Below, one piece after another: positions 9,740 through 17,631 of a stretch of 47,382 nt of DNA. Both the position numbers and the translations under genes were made by a program. Within the stretch, counting starts at the first letter, position 1. The number at the start of each line of letters is the position of its first letter. Source of the DNA: Calditrichia bacterium (GTDB taxonomy: Bacteria > Calditrichota > Calditrichia > RBG-13-44-9); assembly GCA_037381445.1 (NCBI GenBank), contig JARRQT010000006.1, positions 1 through 47,382 of the forward strand, written 5' to 3'. The notes beneath the pieces were generated by a model. It was not told the origin of the DNA. It searched no databases and worked only from the letters and a program-made list of their open reading frames with translations.

Positions 9740-10678
9740 TTAAAAAATATTGGAAACAGACTCGATCATCTGAAAAATTTGGTCATCAGAAATATCCTGA
9801 CTCCGGTTTACTATTTGATAATTTGATCCATTTTCCGCATTGAAAATCCGAACCGGCATAGGTACTTGGGCCTTAATTAAATCTAACCATTGATTCTTAA
9901 AATGAAACCCGTAAAATAGAACTGACTGAATGTCGTAAAGCGGTTTCTGCAAAACAGGTGGATGTTTAAGCTCCTCCAACAGCACATCAAAACTGGAAAG
10001 CAATTCGCCCTCATCCAACTGTTCAATCGAGTCAAAATTTGTATTATAGGGGCGGAACATATAATTAATAAAATTATTTTTATCTGAGATAATTACATCG
10101 TATCCGCGCCGCTGCCAGCCGAGTATGAGCGTCTGACCTTCCATTCCGGTATAAATTTTCCGATAAAGTTCATCAATAGTAAAACAACTGGGTGCAATAA
10201 TCTGCACATTTAATTTAGCGGTTTCGGATATCTCATTAAAAAATTCCAGCACACTTTTTCGTATTGCCACAACCAGTAATTCTCTGTAATCCGCATTGTC
10301 TGATGCGAATTCGGGCATGTATACGTGGAAATTTTCCTGAGGTTCTTCAAGGGAATTCTCCAATTCGAAAAGAGCCAGTTCCTTATAATTCTCCTTTGGA
10401 ATTGACTGATCCACCATCACCTTTTTTATCACGGTAAATCTTCCTGGCAACGTCATCCGAACGGTTCCAGGAGAAAGCTCATATCGCTGCATTAAGCCGA
10501 TAAGTTGGTTTGCAATTTGTTTGGCAGTGGTAGATTGCTGAAAATTCTGGTAATTAATAGAAACGGGCAGTGATTCACTCACTGCCCTCTGTATATTTAT
10601 TACCTGTTCTTCAACTGCTAAATCTGTCCACGTAACAAAATCTTCCTGGAAGGAAATACTGCTGGTTTCTAATGACAT
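9740..10678 (-). CDS. PilM/GspL-like cytoplasmic actin-fold protein
   Basis: VRMTLPGRFTVIKKV, ELLVVAIRKSVLEFFNEISETAKLN and LILGW match the PilM pattern; lies between the pilin-like and PilN-like genes. Confidence 0.6.
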   Translation of the reverse strand: MSLETSSISFQEDFVTWTDLAVEEQVINIQRAVSESLPVSINYQNFQQSTTAKQIANQLIGLMQRYELSPGTVRMTLPGRFTVIKKVMVDQSIPKENYKELALFELENSLEEPQENFHVYMPEFASDNADYRELLVVAIRKSVLEFFNEISETAKLNVQIIAPSCFTIDELYRKIYTGMEGQTLILGWQRRGYDVIISDKNNFINYMFRPYNTNFDSIEQLDEGELLSSFDVLLEELKHPPVLQKPLYDIQSVLFYGFHFKNQWLDLIKAQVPMPVRIFNAENGSNYQIVNRSQDISDDQIFQMIESVSNIF

Positions 10679-10687
10679 AAAACCTCG

Positions 10688-12385
10688 CTATTTTTGTTCC
10701 CAACTTTTCTCACCATCTTTAATGTAGCCGTGATTTATGTGAGTTCTTTGGAAGATTACGTATTCGGTTTGGTTTACACCTTCCAGCGCATTCAATAAAT
10801 CCTTTTCCAGTTTTTCGGAAGCAGCCCGTAGCTCCTTGGCCTCCGCGGCATCAAAACCGGCACGCATTTGCTCGAGAATGTTGCTGGCGGGCTGGAAGGT
10901 TTCCGAAATGTTAACTACCTGACGTCGGCTTCTGGACGGCAACCTTATGGCAGCGATGGCAGAATCCAGGCTCGAAAATTTGTTGTTGAAGTAATCGATC
11001 TTTTGAGAAAGATCATTTAAATCTTTATTTTCAATTCGCGTTGCCAGTGTATCCATCGGATTGAGAACTTCCTCAATGGATGGCTTCAAAACAGATAGCA
11101 TCTTTTCCTGATCGATCAATTTCACGAAAGCCTGCAATTCATTAACGTACCGATAGAAAAATATGCTTGACATATTATCCATTTCCACAAGTAATTCCTT
11201 CACCTGCAGGAGGAGATCTGTATTTCTGCGGATCAGCTCTCTGTTTTGATTCAATGCGGCCTTTGTTTTCGTGAAAACCGTATCCAATTGGTCCATTTGG
11301 CCGTATAACTGCAGATTACTGATAGGCTGCACTGTTTCCACGAATTTCTCATGAAACCTATCCAGCAAATTGGGACATTCAATTGTCAGGTGCCTGCCTC
11401 CGGTGGTATCAATAATATAAGGTTTTTGATCGTCGGGGCAAACAAACATTTTGGGATCAAAATGAATAAGAATTGAATCGGTTTCGTTCAAAGAACTCAT
11501 CGCATATCGTTTGGTCAGCATAAAATAATCGGGTGAAAGAAACTTCTCATGCAGAGAACCCAGATTTTGGCGTTCCGAAACAAGTTGGGTTTTGTTCTGT
11601 TCAATATTGGCTGTCTGAAGCGCAGCCATACTGACATTGATCCGATCGGCGAATTTCTGCAATCTGTCCGATACACTGGATATTTTTACAATATCCGTAT
11701 TTTTTATATCACCAATCAAATTGGAAATGCTGGTAGCTTCGTTTTTCCAGAACTCATTGACATTATCGAACTCACTCTGTTCAAAATAATAAGAAATTGA
11801 ATCGGTGAAGTTAATGGCTTCCAACACTGCATTCTGCAATACGTAATCGGAAACCTTGTCACGCAAATTTCTTAAAGAATCGACAAATACTTTTGTTTTG
11901 CTGAAATTGGGAAATGCCTGGCTTGAATCAATCTTGTTCATCTCGCGCATGATCTGGTTTGACTCATCAAAAATATTCTGATATTTCCGGAAGTACCGGT
12001 CATTTCCCATCAAATCGCCGGTAATTTCATCGGTAGCCTGAGAGATATTTGAAATGTCACCGATCGCCGGAACTCCCAGGATATTGTTAAGCACCTGTTT
12101 AAAACTCTGTGTTAATGAAACAAGGGCCTGTCGTTGCTTTAGTGCCGAATCCGCCTGAACATAATTTAGCAGATTGGTCAGTGTATCTGAATAGGCTTCA
12201 TTAGTGCGGTAATAAAAGAGTTCTGCCTCATTAATTGTATTCATATTATTTCGACAGGTATCTGTTATTTGATTTTCTTCCTTCCAAATTCTATTTGGAA
12301 TGAGGATCACCGCCACTAATAACAAGGCCATCAGAACGATGAGAATTTCCAGGATGATTGAACCTTTCGAAGCTTTCGCAGCCAT
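10688..12385 (-). CDS. Very large type IV pilin-like protein with class III signal peptide
   Basis: MAAKASKG|SIILEILIVLMALLLVAVILIP has G at -1, E at +5 and a hydrophobic helix; CRNNM...ELFYY...YS pilin alpha-N; CPxxxKPY...IECP; C-terminal HGYIKDGEKSW. Confidence 0.7.
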   Translation of the reverse strand: MAAKASKGSIILEILIVLMALLLVAVILIPNRIWKEENQITDTCRNNMNTINEAELFYYRTNEAYSDTLTNLLNYVQADSALKQRQALVSLTQSFKQVLNNILGVPAIGDISNISQATDEITGDLMGNDRYFRKYQNIFDESNQIMREMNKIDSSQAFPNFSKTKVFVDSLRNLRDKVSDYVLQNAVLEAINFTDSISYYFEQSEFDNVNEFWKNEATSISNLIGDIKNTDIVKISSVSDRLQKFADRINVSMAALQTANIEQNKTQLVSERQNLGSLHEKFLSPDYFMLTKRYAMSSLNETDSILIHFDPKMFVCPDDQKPYIIDTTGGRHLTIECPNLLDRFHEKFVETVQPISNLQLYGQMDQLDTVFTKTKAALNQNRELIRRNTDLLLQVKELLVEMDNMSSIFFYRYVNELQAFVKLIDQEKMLSVLKPSIEEVLNPMDTLATRIENKDLNDLSQKIDYFNNKFSSLDSAIAAIRLPSRSRRQVVNISETFQPASNILEQMRAGFDAAEAKELRAASEKLEKDLLNALEGVNQTEYVIFQRTHINHGYIKDGEKSWEQK

Positions 12386-12959
12386 TATTCCTCCGTCTAG
12401 TTTAAAAATTTTTCATGGCTAATTGTTTTAATCATATAAATTTAAAACCTTAAATTATTATAATAAATACTGAAAAGTGTACTAAAATAACCATAAAATG
12501 TCAATTACTTTTTGAAAATTAGAATTAGCTCAAAACCCTGCATTTTCTGCCTTTTTCGGGAATTTGGCATCTGCTGGGGACATTGTCGCCGATGCATAAA
12601 TTTTACATTTCTTTCCTGCCAAACAAATTTGATATTCATGTCCGATGGAACTTCACCCTGTTTTGATAATTAATGGAATATAAAGAGTAAGCAGATAAAA
12701 AACCATAGCGAATGATTTTGTTCCGAATCTCGCTGGGAGGCGTTGGTTTAATTTTTTGTCTATTGCAGGTAAAAATCTTGATTTAAAGGTTTTTGTCAAT
12801 TATCAATATTTATACAGATGTAATATACGGGGTTAAACTTGGGATTGTAAACCTGTCTTGCAGAAAATTGAGGACGACCTGTTTCGTTGGGAACCAGGCT
12901 TTATTATTAGAAACGCCAGATAACCGTCAGATGTGCTTTAAAACAGAAAGGAGCGGACA

Positions 12960-13805
12960 GTGTTCAAAGAAAAAGTTCTGGAGGGCAAAGTTGCTGTTAT
13001 CACCGGCGGCGGCACCGGTCTGGGAAAAGAGATCGCAAAAACTTTCGCCGCCCAGGGAGCGAAGATCGCCATAACCAGCAGAAGCATGGATCACCTCAGG
13101 GCAGGGAAAGAAGACATTCTCGGAGTGACAAAAGACATCTTTACCGTTACCTGTGATGTAAGAGAACCGGACCAGGTCCGTCACATGCGTGAAGCGGTGT
13201 TGGGGTATTTTGGAGATATTAACATTCTCGTTAACAACGCCGCCGGCAATTTTATCTATCCCGCAGAAAAAATGCCGCTGAAAGGCTGGAAATCTGTTAT
13301 TGATATAGTATTGAATGGGACATTTTATTGTTCGCAAATTCTGGGCGAACATATGATCAAACAAAATGGCGGGAATATTATAAATATTCTGGCTACCTAT
13401 GCCTGGACCGGCGGTCCGGGAACCATCCACAGCGCCAGTGCCAAAGCCGGAGTGCTTGCCATGACCCGCACACTGGCGGTGGAATGGGCAAGGTACGGAA
13501 TACGTGTCAATTCTGTTGCACCGGGGCCCTTTGACACCACCGGGGCGCGGGAAAGACTATGGCCCACCCCGGAAATCGAAAAACGACTGATTGACGAAAT
13601 TCCACTACGCAGGTTTGCCAATCCGCAGGAGGTTGCGAATGCGATTCTCTATCTGGTTTCTCCCTTCGCCGAATACATTACCGGTGAATGCCTGACCATT
13701 GACGGCGGTGAATGGTTGGGAAAAGGTCTGGGACGGGCAGTTGAAATAATCGACCGCTTTGCTGAATTGCGGGAAGCCGGGAAGAAGAACAGCCGGAACG
13801 AATGA
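12960..13805 (+). CDS. SDR-family oxidoreductase, 2,4-dienoyl-CoA reductase-like
   Basis: ITGGGTGLG, NNAAGNF, VIDIVLNGTF, HSASAKAGV, LAVEW; GTG start after AAGGAG. Confidence 0.88.
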   Translation: MFKEKVLEGKVAVITGGGTGLGKEIAKTFAAQGAKIAITSRSMDHLRAGKEDILGVTKDIFTVTCDVREPDQVRHMREAVLGYFGDINILVNNAAGNFIYPAEKMPLKGWKSVIDIVLNGTFYCSQILGEHMIKQNGGNIINILATYAWTGGPGTIHSASAKAGVLAMTRTLAVEWARYGIRVNSVAPGPFDTTGARERLWPTPEIEKRLIDEIPLRRFANPQEVANAILYLVSPFAEYITGECLTIDGGEWLGKGLGRAVEIIDRFAELREAGKKNSRNE

Positions 13806-13883
13806 AGCCGGGAAACGGAATAAAAATAAGATAAAATGGAAGGTAGCGTACCGCTTGTTCCATTATCTTGAATGTATGAAAAC

Positions 13884-13961
13884 ATGCAAATTTTATTAAT
13901 TGGTATATGGGAATCAGCATTATTCGAATAATTGACCCGGTTATCCTGACCGGGTTTTTTT
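13884..13961 (+). promoter_or_regulatory. Putative Ile/Leu leader-peptide transcription attenuator of ilvE
   Basis: Leader ORF 13884-13931 MQILLIGIWESALFE*; terminator ACCCGGT-TATCCTG-ACCGGGT plus T-run at 13935-13961; competing antiterminator at 13908-13939. Confidence 0.55.
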
Positions 13962-14000
13962 ATCTAAAAAAGCTGAAAAAATGAAATAGAAGGAGTGTTT

Positions 14001-15038
14001 ATGTTTGATGTAAAGCATTTTCCGGGAGCAAAAAAGTTCTGGCACATGGGTAAAATTTATGATTGGGACACAGTGAATGTTCATGTAATGAGTCATGCTT
14101 TGCATTATGGTAGTTCGGTTTTTGAGGGAATTCGTGCCTATGACACTTCGGCAGGCCCGGCAATTTTCCGCCTGGAGGAGCACATTGACCGGTTTTTTAT
14201 TTCCGGTGAAGTTATGAATATGACGGTTCCGTATTCAAAAACCGAAATTATTGAAACAATAAAAGCGGTAATGCGGGAAAATAAACTTCGCGCCGCCTAT
14301 ATCCGCCCCAATATGTTCTTCGGCTATGGAAATCTGGGACTGGTGCCCAAGGCCAGTCCTGTTGAACTTAGCATCGCGTGCTGGGGATGGGGAGCATATC
14401 TGGGCGAGGAAGGTTTGGAAAAAGGAGTGCATACCCTGCTGCTTCCCAATAAACGGATTCATACCAGCCAGATGGATATGCGGGCAAAAGTGGGCGGAAT
14501 GTATGCCCAATCCAATATTGCCGGCAGTTTTGCCCGTAAACAGGGATTCGACGAAGGAATTTTCCTGAACCTGGAAGGCCGTATCGCGGAAGGCCCCGGT
14601 GAAAATATTATCATCGTGAAAAATAAAGTTGTCAAAACCAATGACATGAGCGAATCTATTTTAGAGGGAATCACCCGCACCACAGTTCTGCAGTTGGCCC
14701 GTGATCTGGGGTATGAGGTGGTTGTTGAGCCCATAGAGGTTGAAGAGTTATTATCTGCGGAAGAAGTATTTTTTACCGGCACCGCCGCCGAAGTCACACC
14801 GATTACCAGAATCACCGATGGCCGGGATGTCGGAAAACCGCGGGCGGAATGGGCGCTGCATACCATCGGATCCGGCGTACCAGGTCCTGTAACAAAACAG
14901 CTTGCTTCACGGTATTCCGATGTGGTGAGGGGTAAAATGCCGGAATACAGCTCGTGGATGACCTTTGTGTATGATTCGCCTGGCAGCGCGGACGCCAACA
15001 CGCATCAAAACGAATATGAAAAATCAACCAGCCTTTAA
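14001..15038 (+). CDS. ilvE: Branched-chain amino acid aminotransferase
   Basis: HALHYGSSVFEGIRAY, AYIRP, AKVGGMY (PLP lysine), EGPGENI, LEGITR, GTAAEVTPI. The ATG at 14001 follows AGGAG. Confidence 0.95.
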   Translation: MFDVKHFPGAKKFWHMGKIYDWDTVNVHVMSHALHYGSSVFEGIRAYDTSAGPAIFRLEEHIDRFFISGEVMNMTVPYSKTEIIETIKAVMRENKLRAAYIRPNMFFGYGNLGLVPKASPVELSIACWGWGAYLGEEGLEKGVHTLLLPNKRIHTSQMDMRAKVGGMYAQSNIAGSFARKQGFDEGIFLNLEGRIAEGPGENIIIVKNKVVKTNDMSESILEGITRTTVLQLARDLGYEVVVEPIEVEELLSAEEVFFTGTAAEVTPITRITDGRDVGKPRAEWALHTIGSGVPGPVTKQLASRYSDVVRGKMPEYSSWMTFVYDSPGSADANTHQNEYEKSTSL

Positions 15039-15055
15039 AGCTTCAGGAGGAAAAA

Positions 15056-16252
15056 ATGCCTAAAATTGCACAACGTGCTGAATACATGCCACCTTCTCCC
15101 ATCCGCAAACTGGTGCCTTTTGCCGAGGCCGCCAAAAAGCGGGGAGTTCATGTCTATCACATCAATATCGGCCAGCCCGATATTCATACTCCCAAAGTCC
15201 TGCTGGATGCATTCCGCAACCAGGAGATAAAAGTGCTCCCGTATGGCCATTCGGCGGGTTTGTGGGAATACCGGGACGAACTGGTCAAATATTACAGCCG
15301 CTTTAATATCAATATCACCAGTGATGAAATTGTAGTAACCAACGGCGGCAGCGAGGCGATCATATTTACCATGATGGCGACCATGGATCCCGGAGACGAA
15401 ATTATTATTCCCGAACCGTTCTACACCAACTACAATGGATTTGCGGTGGAGGCAGGGATTAAAATAGTGCCGGTCACAAGTCGTGTGGAGGAAGGATTTA
15501 AACTGCCGCCGCTGGACGAAATCGAGAGCAAAATTACTTCCCGAACCCGTGCCATCATGATCTGTTCCCCCAATAATCCGACCGGGTACGTCTATACCCC
15601 CGAAGAGATGGAAGGACTGCGCCAGCTTGTTCTCCGGCACGATCTGTTTTTCTTCTCTGATGAGGTCTATCGTGAATTCATTTTTGACGGCGCGGTATAT
15701 ACATCAGTGATGCATCTGGACGGTATTGAAGACCGTGCGGTTTTATTGGATAGTATCTCCAAACGATATAGTGCCTGCGGTGCCAGGATTGGCTGTCTGG
15801 TTACCCATAACAAAGACATTTTGAGCGCCGGACTCCGGTTGGGGCAGGCCCGGTTGTGTCCTCCCACCCTGGAGCAGATGGCAGCCAAAGCAGCGGTTAA
15901 TACGCCGCCATCGTATTTTGATGAGGTGGTCAGTGAGTATAAAAAACGCCGCGATGTGGTCTTTGAAGAGCTGGGAACAATCCCCGGCGTGGTGGCGCTG
16001 AAGCCCCAGGGTGCATTTTATACCATCGTGAAACTGCCGGTCGATGATGCAGACAAATTTTCCGCCTGGCTGCTGAATGAATTCAGCCTGGAAGGAGAAA
16101 CGGTCATGCTTGCGCCTGCCAACGGCTTTTATGCAACGCCAGGAAAGGGCAATGATGAGGTGCGCATCGCATTTGTGCTGAATGTAAATGATATGCGCCG
16201 TTCCATGAAAATTCTGCATGCGGCCCTCCAGGTTTACCCCGGAAGGAAATAA
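15056..16252 (+). CDS. PLP-dependent aminotransferase class I/II (second aspartate aminotransferase-like)
   Basis: NIGQPD, TNGGSEA, SPNNPTG, DEVYREF, SKRYSACGARIG. Confidence 0.9.
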   Translation: MPKIAQRAEYMPPSPIRKLVPFAEAAKKRGVHVYHINIGQPDIHTPKVLLDAFRNQEIKVLPYGHSAGLWEYRDELVKYYSRFNINITSDEIVVTNGGSEAIIFTMMATMDPGDEIIIPEPFYTNYNGFAVEAGIKIVPVTSRVEEGFKLPPLDEIESKITSRTRAIMICSPNNPTGYVYTPEEMEGLRQLVLRHDLFFFSDEVYREFIFDGAVYTSVMHLDGIEDRAVLLDSISKRYSACGARIGCLVTHNKDILSAGLRLGQARLCPPTLEQMAAKAAVNTPPSYFDEVVSEYKKRRDVVFEELGTIPGVVALKPQGAFYTIVKLPVDDADKFSAWLLNEFSLEGETVMLAPANGFYATPGKGNDEVRIAFVLNVNDMRRSMKILHAALQVYPGRK

Positions 16253-16300
16253 CCGCAAAGCTTGAGTCGGTCCTAATCTTATCTGTGAATTAAAGGAAAT

Positions 16301-16342
16301 AAAAAAGTCCTGTCTGCATCAAAAAGACAGGACTTTTCTTTT
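16301..16342. terminator. Bidirectional Rho-independent terminator
   Basis: AAAAGTCCTGTCT/AGACAGGACTTTT stem with A- and T-tracts on both sides, between convergent genes. Confidence 0.85.
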
Positions 16343-16362
16343 ATAGGTTGTTCCGCATTTTC

Positions 16363-17622
16363 CTAAAAGCGGAACTGGGTGGTAACAGCAAGCTCGATGC
16401 TGCGCGAACTTCTGAACCAGCGGAAGTTATGATTCAGATATCCGATATTTAGCTGCCAGTATTTCAAATCAATGCCGCTCCCTAATCCCAGGGCAAAGCC
16501 GTTGTTGCCCCCAAAGGCGGTTCCGATCCGCAGCGGGAAAACCGAAAACGGTTTATATTCTGCCCCGAAAGAAAGCCGTGGTTTGGTGAAGTTGCCCAGC
16601 GCATGATTCAATCCCTGCCGGTAAGCGGCGGTTAAAAGCAGGTTTGACTTCATTCTATATGCTGCCGAGAAACTGAATGCGCGCGGCAGCGCGGTAGTGA
16701 AACTCCCGGCGGCAACACTGGTATCATGTTCTACGGTGTTCATTGAGTCGGGACTGTTGAGCCGCAGGGTGTCCGACTGAAATTCAAACACTTTGATCTC
16801 GTTGTTTTTATTCCACCTCACAGATCCCGCAAGGTTTGTAAAGTGGAGGCCAAGGGTCCAGTCTTTCTGATATTCGGCCAGCACACCCAGGTCCAATCCA
16901 AATCCGCTGCCGCCCTCACTCCTCAATGTTTCCATGTAGCCGTTGGCAACAATAAAATCATCTGTGGTTAATAGCTGCCCGGTAGCTTTTTGGATGTTGG
17001 CATACTGAAGACCAATGATATATTTGGGAGCAATGCCGACCGAAACAAAATTGATGCGGTCGGATGTCAATGCCTTAATAGGAAAGGCGATCCCGAAATT
17101 GACCGCTGCTCCGGCCCATCCCTCGCCTTTCAGATCATCCAGGCTATATTCTCTGGAATTCACATTGCCGTAAAAAGGCAGTTCGAAAGGAGCTTTGGGC
17201 AGATTTACATAGCCGTTTCCCATTCCCGTTATGCTCAGACTGAAGGGATGCGCATAAAACGAAAAAGTTTTGAGCCCTAAAAGAAAATCTGCACGCAGTC
17301 CTTTGTCCGGGATGTGCCCAAGCAGATCGTCAATATCACCTGAGGTGAGCGAATCGCCGGTGGTGAAATAGCGGTCATATTCATTCAGGGACAGGCCGTT
17401 ATTTTGGACCATGGCATGTGCGGATAGCAATTGCATCTCAAAATTAAAACTTCTCGGTACGGCAAGGGTCGCAGGATTGCCGCTGATATATTCAGTCCCT
17501 TCGGTGATTGCAAGATTGCTCCCGGCCATACCCAGACTGCGGCCATCACCGATGGTCTGGGCCGGCAAAGCGGCCCCGCTCAAGAGAATTATAGCGAAAG
17601 CAAAAAATAAAACTCGTTTCAT
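16363..17622 (-). CDS. Outer-membrane beta-barrel protein (DUF5723/FadL-like)
   Basis: Signal peptide, GRSLGMAG...NPATL, GSGFGLDLG, LSFGAEY, PLRIG, C-terminal Phe (TQFRF). Confidence 0.7.
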   Translation of the reverse strand: MKRVLFFAFAIILLSGAALPAQTIGDGRSLGMAGSNLAITEGTEYISGNPATLAVPRSFNFEMQLLSAHAMVQNNGLSLNEYDRYFTTGDSLTSGDIDDLLGHIPDKGLRADFLLGLKTFSFYAHPFSLSITGMGNGYVNLPKAPFELPFYGNVNSREYSLDDLKGEGWAGAAVNFGIAFPIKALTSDRINFVSVGIAPKYIIGLQYANIQKATGQLLTTDDFIVANGYMETLRSEGGSGFGLDLGVLAEYQKDWTLGLHFTNLAGSVRWNKNNEIKVFEFQSDTLRLNSPDSMNTVEHDTSVAAGSFTTALPRAFSFSAAYRMKSNLLLTAAYRQGLNHALGNFTKPRLSFGAEYKPFSVFPLRIGTAFGGNNGFALGLGSGIDLKYWQLNIGYLNHNFRWFRSSRSIELAVTTQFRF

Positions 17623-17631
17623 GGTTAACTC

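Noticed and set aside
13876-13899. Alternative leader ORF MKTCKFY*
   Set aside because: Has no branched-chain amino acid codons relevant to ilvE; the Ile/Leu-rich frame fits the terminator geometry better.
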